This document shows, one piece after another, positions 18,750 to 27,972 of a stretch of 64,000 bases of DNA; position 1 is the first letter of the stretch, and the number at the start of each line of letters is the position of its first letter. The notes under the pieces were generated by a model. The model ran no database searches, was not told where the DNA came from, and saw nothing but the letters and a program-made list of their open reading frames with translations. The stretch covers positions 124,001 to 188,000 of the forward strand of contig NZ_SMNA01000006.1 of the NCBI RefSeq assembly GCF_004353825.1. Reading direction: 5' to 3'. Source of the stretch: Occultella glacieicola. Lineage in GTDB: Bacteria; Actinomycetota; Actinomycetes; Actinomycetales; Beutenbergiaceae. Both the position numbers and the translations under genes were made by a program.

Positions 18750-19103
18750 ATGGGCACCGTCGATGATCAGCTGTCCGGACTGGACCCCGCCGACCGGGTG
18801 TCGATCGAGCGCATCTACGAGATCGCGCGCGAGGTGGTGCCGGACGCCGAGCAGGGCCTCGGATACGGGATGCCTGCGCTGATCCATCGCGGCAGGCCCC
18901 TGGTGTCGGTCCAACGCACCAAGAGGCACATCGGCGTGTATCCGTTCAGCCCGGAAGCCGTGTCCGCGGTGGCGCCAGCACTGGCGGGACATCCCGGGAT
19001 CGGGCTCGACAAGGGCACCATCCGCTACCAGCCCGCCCACCCGCTGCCGGACGAGATCGTCGAGACCCTGGTGCGCGCACGCCGGGCGCAGATCGAGTCC
19101 TGA
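18750..19103 (+). CDS. DUF1801/YdhG-like protein
   Basis: VPDAEQGLGYGMPA..KRHIGVYPFS..KGTIRY..PLP. Confidence 0.85.
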   Translation: MGTVDDQLSGLDPADRVSIERIYEIAREVVPDAEQGLGYGMPALIHRGRPLVSVQRTKRHIGVYPFSPEAVSAVAPALAGHPGIGLDKGTIRYQPAHPLPDEIVETLVRARRAQIES

Positions 19104-19127
19104 CGGCCGCGCGGTGGGGGCTCCGGA

Positions 19128-20381
19128 TCAGGCGCTGTCGGTGCGCAGCGTGAGCTCGTTCCCCTCCGGGTCCGCGACCGTCCATCGGCCGGGAGCCTCG
19201 CCGACGAGCCGGCCGCCGGCGGCGGTCGCGTCCTCGAGCCGGGCCGGGGCCAGGTCGTCCGGTACGAACAGCTCGAGGTGGAGTCGGTCCCGCTGACGCA
19301 GCCGATCCTCCTCGCTCGCGTCGATGTCCTGGAAGAACAGGACCGGGTTGAGCCGGCGCGGGTCGTAGATGTCGGTGAGGTGCGCGCGTGGGTCCAGTCG
19401 GTAGCCGAGGGCCGCCGTCCAGAACGCCCGCGTGGCGGGGATGTCGACGGCGTCGATGCCGTACTGCACGAACCCCACCTGGTCGGGGGCGGCGCTCAGC
19501 CCGAGGCCGCGTGCCGCGGCCTGGATCGCGGCGGCGAGCTCGATGAACGCCGCGCGAGTCCCGCCGTCGGCGTCCTCGAACTGGTCCTTGCCGCTGTCGA
19601 TCGTGACGCCGTCGGGCCGCAGATCCACGAGCAGCGGTTCGCCGGCCTCGTCGGCGAGGGTGGCGACGATCGTGGCGAGTGCGCTCCCCTGTGCCAGCGA
19701 GTCGGTGCGGTAGTGCGTCATCGCCCCGAAGATCGCCCGCCAGTCGGAGGTCTCGGGACCGTCGCCGAGGTTGCCACCGGGAACCAGGTCGACCACGTTG
19801 CCGTCGGGGTCGGCGAGCGCGAGGCCGAAGGGACCGTGGGGCACCTGCCCGGTTGCCTCGCGGGCGGCAGTCACCGACTCGGCGACGCGGACGACATCGA
19901 CGTGCATGCGATTGCGCAAGGGCCGCGGCGGGTCCTGCGGTACGAACGAGACGGCCGGCCAACGTCCGAGCCGGTCGATCAAAGTGTCCCCGCAATCGGC
20001 CCCGTAGCCGAGCACGCTGCGCCAGAACGGCAACACGGCCGTACGGTCCGACGCGTCGATGACGAGCCGGACCACTTGGAGTGCCGCCGGGTCGGCCACC
20101 AGGGCGAGGTCCCGAGCCGCCGCCGAGACCGCCCGGACGACCTCGAGGTCCTCGCCGGTGATTGCCCCTCCCTGCGCCCCGAGGCGAACGCGCACTCCCC
20201 CGGCCCGCAGGTCGATCGCCGCCGGGGCGCCCGCCGCTACGCGCGTGATCCGCGCGACCAGCTCCGCCCCTGCTGACGTGGTCGGCGCCTCGAACCAGGC
20301 GCTCGGCTGACCGGCCACGAGCCGCCAGTCCGGTGTGCCGGCCAGGTCGGGCACCTGACTCGCAGTGGATCGGGTCATCAT
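19128..20381 (-). CDS. VOC family protein with internally duplicated (dehydratase-like + glyoxalase) halves
   Basis: Two repeats each with DWR.., FW..LGY, R.H.(D/E), ADP(D/E)GN. Confidence 0.85.
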   Translation of the reverse strand: MMTRSTASQVPDLAGTPDWRLVAGQPSAWFEAPTTSAGAELVARITRVAAGAPAAIDLRAGGVRVRLGAQGGAITGEDLEVVRAVSAAARDLALVADPAALQVVRLVIDASDRTAVLPFWRSVLGYGADCGDTLIDRLGRWPAVSFVPQDPPRPLRNRMHVDVVRVAESVTAAREATGQVPHGPFGLALADPDGNVVDLVPGGNLGDGPETSDWRAIFGAMTHYRTDSLAQGSALATIVATLADEAGEPLLVDLRPDGVTIDSGKDQFEDADGGTRAAFIELAAAIQAAARGLGLSAAPDQVGFVQYGIDAVDIPATRAFWTAALGYRLDPRAHLTDIYDPRRLNPVLFFQDIDASEEDRLRQRDRLHLELFVPDDLAPARLEDATAAGGRLVGEAPGRWTVADPEGNELTLRTDSA

Positions 20382-20448
20382 CGTCTCCCGGTGTGAGTTC
20401 CTGTCGGCAGAGACCGTCGTCACGTCCCGCTCACCGTAGGCGATGTTA

Positions 20449-20481
20449 CGGACGGTCACCGTCCGGAACCCTCCGTACGGT
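20449..20481 (+). promoter_or_regulatory. Putative WYL-regulator site plus -10 box for the DinB gene
   Basis: CGGACGGTCACCGTCCGGAA, 7 nt, TACGGT, then ATG at 20488. Confidence 0.65.
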
Positions 20482-20487
20482 GCGGGC

Positions 20488-21072
20488 ATGAGACCCGATG
20501 AGTACCCCTGGGAGCCGCCGCTCGCCGGCACCGAGTCCGAGCACCTGCTCGGCACCCTGACCCGGTTGCGCACCACCTTCCGGTGGAAGGCCGACGGTCT
20601 CGACGATGCCGGCCTCGTGCACCGGATCCCGTCCTCGACGCTCACCCTCGGCGGGCTGCTCAAGCACCTCGCCGCCGACGAGGACTCGATGTTCACCACG
20701 AAGCTCACGGGCGAACCCATCGGGGAGCCGTGGGAGTCGCTCTGGCCCAGCGGGGCCGAGTACCACGCGTTCACGCTCGATCCCACCGGCCACTCCCCCG
20801 ATGAGCTCTACGCTCTCTGGGACGGGGCAGTGGCCAGGTCGGATGCCAGGATCGCGGCCGCGCTCGAACGTGGTGGCCTCGATCAGGCTACGGCGCTGAA
20901 CGACGGCGAGGGACACCACGCGAGTCTGCGCCGGCTCCTGCTCGACCTGATCGAGGAGTACGGGCGCCACACCGGTCACGCGGACCTGCTCCGCGAGGCG
21001 CTCGACGGTCGCGTCGGCGAGGATCCACCGGCCGGGTGGCGGCCGGTCAGTGGTCGCTCGCCGATACGGTGA
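20488..21072 (+). CDS. DinB/YfiT-like (DUF664, mycothiol transferase-like) protein
   Basis: STLTLGGLLKHLA..E, SLRRLLLDLIEEYGRHTGHADLLRE.LDG.VG. Confidence 0.9.
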   Translation: MRPDEYPWEPPLAGTESEHLLGTLTRLRTTFRWKADGLDDAGLVHRIPSSTLTLGGLLKHLAADEDSMFTTKLTGEPIGEPWESLWPSGAEYHAFTLDPTGHSPDELYALWDGAVARSDARIAAALERGGLDQATALNDGEGHHASLRRLLLDLIEEYGRHTGHADLLREALDGRVGEDPPAGWRPVSGRSPIR

Positions 21073-21091
21073 CCGACCGCGCACCGGCCGG

Positions 21092-22048
21092 TCAGGCGCC
21101 GGCGTCGAGAAGTCGCTGCCCGATCGTCCGGCAGGCGGCGCGGAGTGCTTCCGAGCCGACGACGCGGAACGGCACCGGCAGTTCGGCGAGCTCCGCGGCG
21201 TACCACGTGGGGTCACTGGTGCTGCCCACGAGGGAGGTCCGAGCATCCCCGACCGCGTCGAGCCGGCCGAGGGAACGCGGCACCCAGGGCCGGATCTGCG
21301 CCAGCGGCGCTTCGATCAGCACCTCGGCCTCGTACTCCCAGCCGACCGCGAGATGCTCCTCAAGGGCGGCCACCGGGTCGAGGTCGGCAGGACGGACGAA
21401 CAGGTCCGCGAGCGTCTCCACGGCGAGGATCCGGTCGATCCGGTAAGCCCGCTGGGCCTCCGCCCGGTGCGAGTGGCAGAGCAGGTACCAGCGCCCGTGC
21501 CGCACGACGACAGCCCAGGGATCGACTTCGCTGGACCACTGCGAGCCTGCCTCGGAGCGGTACTCCATCCGGATCCGACGCTGCTGTGAGGTGGCCTGGA
21601 CCAGTGCGCTGGTGGTGCCCGGGTCCGGGCGGGCCGCCGCCCGGTCCGGTGCCGCCGCGGCGCTGCGCCGCACCTGCTCCGCCTGGGCGGCGACCGACTC
21701 CGGCAGGGCGCGCATGATCTTCCCGACGGCGCTGCCCACCGGGGCGGTCGGGTCGCCGGCGTCGTGGTGTCCGTCGAGCACCGCCATGACCAGGGCGAGC
21801 ACCTCGGTGGCGGTGAACGTCAGGGGCGGGAGCCGCACGCCCCGTCCGATCCGGTACCCGCCGTACGGTCCACGGCTCGACTCGATCGGGATGCTCGCCT
21901 CGCGCAGGATCGTCACGTACCGGCGCGCGGCCCGCTCGCTCACGCCGAGGCGCTCCCCCAACCGTTCAGCGCTGATACCGGGGTTCCCCTGGATCAGCTC
22001 GAGCGCCAGGAGCGCCCGCGCCGTGGGACTGTCGACGTCGCCGTTCAC
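21092..22048 (-). CDS. HTH-WYL-WCX transcriptional regulator (YafY/PafB/SiwR-like)
   Basis: wHTH LGVSERAARRYV.ILRE..GPYGGY; GRWYLLC..RAYRIDRI. Confidence 0.93.
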   Translation of the reverse strand: MNGDVDSPTARALLALELIQGNPGISAERLGERLGVSERAARRYVTILREASIPIESSRGPYGGYRIGRGVRLPPLTFTATEVLALVMAVLDGHHDAGDPTAPVGSAVGKIMRALPESVAAQAEQVRRSAAAAPDRAAARPDPGTTSALVQATSQQRRIRMEYRSEAGSQWSSEVDPWAVVVRHGRWYLLCHSHRAEAQRAYRIDRILAVETLADLFVRPADLDPVAALEEHLAVGWEYEAEVLIEAPLAQIRPWVPRSLGRLDAVGDARTSLVGSTSDPTWYAAELAELPVPFRVVGSEALRAACRTIGQRLLDAGA

Positions 22049-22089
22049 CCGGGCTCCCGTGCTCGCTCGAACTTCCGCTCCGGACCGTG

Positions 22090-22125
22090 TTCCGGATGCA
22101 CACCATCCGGAATGCACCCTATCCT
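22090..22125 (+). promoter_or_regulatory. Putative WYL-regulator site plus -10 box for the DUF1905 gene
   Basis: Perfect inverted repeat TTCCGGATG-N5-CATCCGGAA, 7 nt, TATCCT. Confidence 0.65.
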
Positions 22126-22167
22126 CGCGAGGGCATGCCGCCGAAGCCCTGACGGAGGGAACGAGAC

Positions 22168-22539
22168 GTGGGTCGACCAGGATGGGCATCGTCGCCGGGT
22201 GGTCCGGGCGCGCCCGACATCGACGACGGGCCCGCCACCCCGGACCTCGAGGTCACCGGTGAGATCTGGTACTGGCGCGGACCCTCGCCGTTCCACTTCG
22301 TCACCGTCGACGAGGAGGGGGCCGAGTTCCTCCTCGAGATCATGCGCGAGGTCACCTACGGCTGGGGCATGATCCCGGTCCGCGCACGCATCGGGGACAC
22401 CACCTACACGACCTCCCTGTTCCCGAAGAACGGCGGCTACATCGTGCCGATCAAGGATGCCGTCCGACGTGCCGAGGACCTCGAGGACGGCGATGTGGTC
22501 ACGATCAGTCTCACCGTGACCTCCTCGCGCCCACGCTGA
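22168..22539 (+). CDS. DUF1905 domain protein
   Basis: GEIWYWRGPSPFHFV..GWGMIPV.ARIG..TSLFPK.G.Y.VP.K.AVR. Confidence 0.88.
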   Translation: MGRPGWASSPGGPGAPDIDDGPATPDLEVTGEIWYWRGPSPFHFVTVDEEGAEFLLEIMREVTYGWGMIPVRARIGDTTYTTSLFPKNGGYIVPIKDAVRRAEDLEDGDVVTISLTVTSSRPR

Positions 22540-22554
22540 GCCTCGAGCCGACAC

Positions 22555-23964
22555 TCACCCGTCCGAAGCGCCCGCGAAGCACTCCTGCTCCGTCTCCGGA
22601 CCGGCCTGCGCGACACAGGTCCCGGACGGTGCGACATCCTCGGATCCGGCCTCCGCCGCGGCCGCGTCGGTGACGTCCAGGGGGTTCGTCAGCTCGTCCT
22701 GCGGCAGTCGCGCGATCAGGATCGCCGCCACCGCGAAGATGACGGGCAGCACCCCGGCAGCGATGAATGTGGCCCGCAGCCCGACCAGGTCCGCGACGGG
22801 ACCCGCCAGCGCCATCGAGACCGGCATCAGCGAGATCGAGACGAAGAAGTCCAGGCTCGAGACGCGGCCGAGGAGGTGCGGCGGTACCCGGCGCTGCAGC
22901 AGCGTGCCCCAGATCACCAACGGAGCCGAGAAGAGCGCACCGAGCACCGTCGCGGCCAGGATGATCTGCCAGACCGCCGTCGCATAGGCCATCGCCACGA
23001 AGGGCAGGCTGCCGACGCCCCAGAGCAGGATCATCACCGTGAGGTAGCGGCGAGGCAGCCGCCGCGAGGCCATCACCAGCGAGCCGACGGCCCCGCCGAG
23101 GCCGAACCCCGCCAGCACGAGGGCATGATCACCGGCCCCGCCGCCCAGCCGGTCCTTGATCAGGAACGGGATCAGGACCTCCAGCGGGCCCATCATCACC
23201 AGGATCATCAGGGAGGCGAACAGGAGCGTGGCGAGCAGCCACGGCGTGACCAGGAAGTAGCGGAAGCCCTCGGCGATGTCGGTGAACATGGTCCGTACCG
23301 GGTGCGCGCGGGCAACGTCGGAGCCGTCGGGACGCTCCCGGCGCACCGGCGTGAGTGGCACCGCGGCGAGCGCGACGAGCCCGAGGAGACCGCTCAGGGC
23401 GGCCAGGGCCATCGCCGCGCCCGGCGACGCGACCCCGATCACCACGCCCGCCAGCGCGGGCCCGGCCGCCTGCTGCAGCGACGGACGGAGCATGCCCTCG
23501 AACCCGTTCACGGCGAGGAGCTCCTCCGGCGGCACCAGGGCAGGTAGCCAGGCTGAGTAGGCAGGGTAGTAGAACGCCATCGCGGCCCCGCCGAGGAAGG
23601 CGATCACCGCCAGGTGCCACAGCTGGGTCTGCCCGGTGATGCCGAGGAGTGCGGCGGCGGCGAACAGGAGCACGTGGGCGGTCTCGACGCCGAGCAGGAT
23701 GAGCTTCTGCGGCACCCGGTCCGCGACCACCCCTCCGGCCAGCGCCGGCACGATCGTCCCGATCGCCGCGCACATGGTGACCACGGACAGGTCCCGCGCG
23801 TCGCCGTCGATCCGGATGACCTCCCAGACCAACGCGACCATCCAGAGACCGCTCATGATCAGCGAGAAGAACAGCGCCAGGCCGAGCCGCCGGTACGCGG
23901 AGTGCCGGAACGGGCTCAACGCACGGGGCAGTCGTCGGGTGGTGATCGATCGTTTCTGCGACAT
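22555..23964 (-). CDS. MFS transporter (DHA3/MFS_3-like)
   Basis: About 12 TM helices; GGVVADR, LQRRVP..LLGRVSSLD. Confidence 0.9.
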   Translation of the reverse strand: MSQKRSITTRRLPRALSPFRHSAYRRLGLALFFSLIMSGLWMVALVWEVIRIDGDARDLSVVTMCAAIGTIVPALAGGVVADRVPQKLILLGVETAHVLLFAAAALLGITGQTQLWHLAVIAFLGGAAMAFYYPAYSAWLPALVPPEELLAVNGFEGMLRPSLQQAAGPALAGVVIGVASPGAAMALAALSGLLGLVALAAVPLTPVRRERPDGSDVARAHPVRTMFTDIAEGFRYFLVTPWLLATLLFASLMILVMMGPLEVLIPFLIKDRLGGGAGDHALVLAGFGLGGAVGSLVMASRRLPRRYLTVMILLWGVGSLPFVAMAYATAVWQIILAATVLGALFSAPLVIWGTLLQRRVPPHLLGRVSSLDFFVSISLMPVSMALAGPVADLVGLRATFIAAGVLPVIFAVAAILIARLPQDELTNPLDVTDAAAAEAGSEDVAPSGTCVAQAGPETEQECFAGASDG

Positions 23965-24128
23965 CTCGGGGATCTCTCTGGCTCGTTGAGCGGGGTTGGC
24001 GCACCCGGGCCGTAGGCCCGGGGACGCCGGTCTGGTGCACGTCGACAGCAGGACAGACCCGCAGGCCCCGACGAACTCATCGGCGGCCATGGAGGGCCCG
24101 GCGCTTCCGGCTCACCCCCAGGCTCGGC

Positions 24129-24150
24129 CCTCAACCATGGTTGAGGTCAA
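24129..24150 (-). promoter_or_regulatory. SoxR/MerR-type operator overlapping the -35 box of the MFS gene promoter
   Basis: Perfect 18-bp palindrome CCTCAACCATGGTTGAGG; on the minus strand TTGACC, 19 bp, GAGCCT. Confidence 0.7.
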
Positions 24151-24569
24151 GCAGAATCCCGGCGCCGTTGCCAGATCCTGCACGGGGCGCAGGCTCTCGA
24201 TGCTTCCGGCGCTCCGGTGGGACGATCCAGCTCCGGGCACCCGCGATCGGGGTCGGGCCAGGCGGGACGCCCCGTCGGAGCCTCGATCACAGGCTCCCAC
24301 CCGGACCAGAACAGGTCACAGTCGCACGGCGGCACCGACCGGACCACCCCCGACGACTCCCCGTGCGGCCCGGTCAGCTCCGTGCGGAGCGACGCCCCGG
24401 GCCCGAGCTGCGCCGCCCACCGACGAACCCACCGCGACGTCCCGTCGCAGTCGAAGTTCGTGAGCATCCGCTGCACGTAACACAGCGCGCACTCCCCCGG
24501 CCGCACCGCCGTCAGCGCTTGCGACAAGCGAGCGAGCTCGCCCTCCAACTGCTGCACATGCGTGATCAT
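24147..24569 (-). CDS. DUF2695-like Cys-rich protein
   Basis: ECALCYV.RML..FDCDGT.RW..CDCD; GGAGG RBS. Confidence 0.7.
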   Translation of the reverse strand: MITHVQQLEGELARLSQALTAVRPGECALCYVQRMLTNFDCDGTSRWVRRWAAQLGPGASLRTELTGPHGESSGVVRSVPPCDCDLFWSGWEPVIEAPTGRPAWPDPDRGCPELDRPTGAPEASRACAPCRIWQRRRDSA

Positions 24570-24647
24570 CAGCCCTCCAGAACCTCGTGATACCGATGTT
24601 CGAGAGGGTGGCAGGGACCTACGACATCCGGGTCATCGACAGGGAGA

Positions 24648-25268
24648 TCACTCGAACGGGCTGGGGTCACCGGCCCCGTAGCGGGCGATCTCGGCATAGC
24701 CCTCGGACAGGTCCACCACCGTGGTGGGGACCTCGCCGCACTCCCCCGAGTCGATCACCGCGTCGAGTGCATGGTCGAGCTCATCCTTGATCTGCCAGCC
24801 ATCGGTCATCGGCTCGTCCTGCCCGGGGAGCAGCAGCGTCGAGGAGACCAGCGGTTCGCCCAGCTCGGCGAGCAGTGCCTGCGCCACCGGGTGGTCCGGG
24901 ATCCGAACGCCCACGGTCTTCTTCTTCGGGTGCAGGAGGCGTCGCGGCACCTCCTTCGTGGCGGGCAGGATGAATGTGTAACTGCCTGGGGTGGCCGCCT
25001 TCACGGCCCGGAAGACCGCATTGTCCACGTGCACGAACTGCCCGAGCTGGGCGAAGTCCGCGCACATGATGGTGAAGTGGTGCTTGTCGTCCAGGCGCCG
25101 AAGGGCGACGATCCGGTCCTTCGCGTGCTGGTTGCCCAGGGCGGCACCGAGCGCGTAGCAGGAGTCAGTGGGGTAGGCGATCAGACCACCCGCCTGAATG
25201 ATCTCCACGGCCTGCCGGATCAGCCGCGGCTGCGGGTTGACCGGGTGGACGTCGAAGTACTTGGCCAT
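24648..25268 (-). CDS. Sua5/YciO/YrdC family (threonylcarbamoyl-AMP synthase-like) protein
   Basis: HP.NPQPRLI, IAYPTDSCYALG, TVGVRIPD, PTTVVDL. Confidence 0.93.
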   Translation of the reverse strand: MAKYFDVHPVNPQPRLIRQAVEIIQAGGLIAYPTDSCYALGAALGNQHAKDRIVALRRLDDKHHFTIMCADFAQLGQFVHVDNAVFRAVKAATPGSYTFILPATKEVPRRLLHPKKKTVGVRIPDHPVAQALLAELGEPLVSSTLLLPGQDEPMTDGWQIKDELDHALDAVIDSGECGEVPTTVVDLSEGYAEIARYGAGDPSPFE

Positions 25269-25291
25269 CCACCGAGCCTAATGCGCCCGGT

Positions 25292-26143
25292 TCAGCCCCG
25301 CACCGGTGCCGGTGCCGCATACCAGGCCAGCAGCCGGACCACCTCCGCGCTGATCGCGGCGTTGCCGGCCTGGAACCACTTGCGGGTGTCCACGACCTCC
25401 ATGTTCTCGATCAGGTAGTCACGCACGCTCGTGGTGAAGATCTTGTTGAGGTGCGTGGCCACGTTGATCTTGGTCATGCCGGCGGCGATCGCGTCCCGCA
25501 TACCGTCGTCGCTGACCCCGGACGACCCGTGCAGCACCAGGGGCACGTCCACGCACGCCGCGATGGAGGAGATCAGCTCCAGGTCGAGCTGGGCGCCCCG
25601 GGTGGTCATCGCGTGGGAGGAGCCGACGGCGACGGCGAGCAGGTCCACCCCGGTCTCCGCGACGAAGGTCGCGGCCGCCTCGGGGTCGGTGCGCGCGGAC
25701 GGGTCGTGCACGCCGTTCTTGCCTCCGACCTCGCCGAGTTCGGCCTCGACCGAGACGCCGCGGGAGTGGGCGTGCTCCACCACGGCCTTCGTGGTCGCCC
25801 GGTTCAGGTCGTCGGGAAGGTTCGACCCGTCGTACATGACCGAGGTGAAGCCCAGGTTGATCGCGTCCTGGACCAGGTCCACATCTTCGGCATGGTCCAG
25901 GTGCACCACCACGGGCACCTCGGCCGCGCGGGCCACGGCGAGCACTCCGGCGCCGATCGGAGCGAGCGCGCCGTGGTACTTCACGGCGTTCTGGCTGACC
26001 TGCAGCACGATCGGGCGCCCCGCCTCCGCCGCGGCCCCGACGAACGCCTCGGCGTGGTCCAGATGCACCACATTGAACGCTCCAAGTCCCGACCGTTCGG
26101 CCTTGCACGCATCGGCCACGCTGGTCAGATCAACGAGTGGCAT
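25292..26143 (-). CDS. Class II fructose/tagatose-bisphosphate aldolase
   Basis: HLDH, VEAELGEVGG, LVLHGSSG, KINVAT. Confidence 0.93.
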   Translation of the reverse strand: MPLVDLTSVADACKAERSGLGAFNVVHLDHAEAFVGAAAEAGRPIVLQVSQNAVKYHGALAPIGAGVLAVARAAEVPVVVHLDHAEDVDLVQDAINLGFTSVMYDGSNLPDDLNRATTKAVVEHAHSRGVSVEAELGEVGGKNGVHDPSARTDPEAAATFVAETGVDLLAVAVGSSHAMTTRGAQLDLELISSIAACVDVPLVLHGSSGVSDDGMRDAIAAGMTKINVATHLNKIFTTSVRDYLIENMEVVDTRKWFQAGNAAISAEVVRLLAWYAAPAPVRG

Positions 26144-27086
26144 GGGTCTCCTTCACATCCGTACGAGCAAGCAGGCGCTGATAGGTGGGGACGTCGAAGT
26201 CGCCGGCCACGGGGGCCATGACGGCCGCTCCCGAGAGCGCGACGACGTCGTGCAGTCTAGGTGCGACGGAACTCACGGCGTCACCATCGGGTCGGTGGTT
26301 GGAGCCCAGCGCGAGGCTGATCGCGGCCACGGCCGCGTCCCCCGCCCCGGTCGGGTTGCCGGTCAGCACCTCGGGTGGCGCCGCCGTCCAGATCTGCCGA
26401 ACCCCTTCGACGTCACCCACGGCCACCACGCCCGCTTCGCCGAGGGAGACCACCACGAGGCCGGCGCCCCGGTCGAGCAGCGCTCCGGCGGCCGCCCGCA
26501 CGTCCGTGACCTGTGTGGCGGCGCGCAGTTCCTCGGCGTTCGGCTTGAGGACGTCGGCACCCGCATCGGCCGCGGCGAGGAGCGTCGGGCCGGACGTGTC
26601 GACCACCACCCGGACGTCCATCTCGACGGCGTCCCGTACCAGCGACGCGACCGCGTCCGGTGGGGTGCCCGGCGGGGTCGAGCCGCTGATCACCAGCACG
26701 TCGCCGGGGCTCATCAGCGTGGCCACGACGTCGGCCAGCGACCGCCAGTCGGCAGCCGACACTTGCGGTCCCGGTTCGTTCAGGACGGTCGCTCCGGAGT
26801 CGTCCACGACGGTCACCGTGGTCCGGGTCGGGCCCTGGACCGGCAGGAACTCGTGACGGATCCCGGCGCGGTCGAGCAGCTCGCGGATCTCGGCACCGGT
26901 GCTGCCGCCGAGGAAACCGACGCACACCGGGTCCTCGCCGAGCGCTCTCAACACCCGCGCCACGTTCACACCCTTGCCGCCGGCCGATCGGCCGACGATC
27001 CCGACCCGGTGGGACTCGCCGGGCCGCAGTGCCGTCGTGCGGTAGGTGACATCGAGCGCGGGGTTGGCAGTGACGGTCAGGATCAC
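26130..27086 (-). CDS. 1-phosphofructokinase/tagatose-6-P kinase (PfkB family)
   Basis: TVTANPALD, GGKGVNVAR, KPNAEEL, NPTGAGD. Confidence 0.93.
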   Translation of the reverse strand: MILTVTANPALDVTYRTTALRPGESHRVGIVGRSAGGKGVNVARVLRALGEDPVCVGFLGGSTGAEIRELLDRAGIRHEFLPVQGPTRTTVTVVDDSGATVLNEPGPQVSAADWRSLADVVATLMSPGDVLVISGSTPPGTPPDAVASLVRDAVEMDVRVVVDTSGPTLLAAADAGADVLKPNAEELRAATQVTDVRAAAGALLDRGAGLVVVSLGEAGVVAVGDVEGVRQIWTAAPPEVLTGNPTGAGDAAVAAISLALGSNHRPDGDAVSSVAPRLHDVVALSGAAVMAPVAGDFDVPTYQRLLARTDVKETHATR

Positions 27087-27970
27087 GGCTCCACTCCCTC
27101 CTCGGCCCACGACGTCGACAGGCCCATGGCGAATGCCCCGGCCCCGAGACACCCTGCCCAGGGTCCGAGCCTAGCCGCAATCACCCCGCTCGCGGGACGC
27201 TCGCCCAGCCTTCTCGTGATCGCCTCGCGCAGCGGTCCGAACACGGACTCGCCACCACCGGCGAGGCCGCCCCCGACCACGATCGGGACCGGGCCGAGGA
27301 GGGCGACCGCGTCGGCGAGTGCCGGGCCCAGCGCGTCCATCCCGTCGCCGAGGACGGCGATGGCGTCGAGGTCGCCGCCGTCCGCGGCCTCGACCACCGC
27401 GTCGGCGCCATCGACCGCCACGCCGGCGCGCGCGGCGTACCGCCTGGCGATACCGGCCGCGGAGGCGACGGACTCGAGCACCACCGGTCCCCCGCCGTCG
27501 GGATCGGAGACGGTCAGCATGCCGATCTCGCCGGCCCACCCCGTGCCGCGCACCCGACCGTCGAGCACGAGGGCGGCGGCGATGCCGGTGCCGACCGGCA
27601 CGAACAGCAGGTCACCGCCAACACCCCAGACGGACTCCGCCAGCGCGCCGGCCCGGACATCGTGGCCGAACGTCACGTCGCGGCCCAGGTCCTCGACGAG
27701 CAGGGTCCGCAACGGCACGTCCCGCCAGCCGAGATTGACCGAGAGCACCGCGGTGCCGGTTGCCTCGTCGACGATGCCGGGCACGACCACCCCGACGGCG
27801 TCGCCTGGCTCGGCGAGTTCGCGCACCAGGGTGCCGATCGCCTCGACCAGTGCGGGGATGTCGCGCGGTGTGGGCACCCGTCGTGCCCGGGTCAGTTGCC
27901 CGGTGGCGTCGACGCGGCCCGCCTTGATAGTGGTGCCGCCGACGTCGACGGCGACGGCGTGCGCGGGCAT
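27083..27970 (-). CDS. ROK family sugar kinase
   Basis: VDVGGT, HDVRAGALAE, GTGIAA, AGEIG. Confidence 0.9.
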   Translation of the reverse strand: MPAHAVAVDVGGTTIKAGRVDATGQLTRARRVPTPRDIPALVEAIGTLVRELAEPGDAVGVVVPGIVDEATGTAVLSVNLGWRDVPLRTLLVEDLGRDVTFGHDVRAGALAESVWGVGGDLLFVPVGTGIAAALVLDGRVRGTGWAGEIGMLTVSDPDGGGPVVLESVASAAGIARRYAARAGVAVDGADAVVEAADGGDLDAIAVLGDGMDALGPALADAVALLGPVPIVVGGGLAGGGESVFGPLREAITRRLGERPASGVIAARLGPWAGCLGAGAFAMGLSTSWAEEGVEP

Positions 27971-27972
27971 GC

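Noticed and set aside
4400..20400. Integron-like cassette array (many small GNAT, VOC, methyltransferase and TA genes)
   Set aside because: No repeated attC-like element was visible between genes, orientations are mixed and there is no integron integrase
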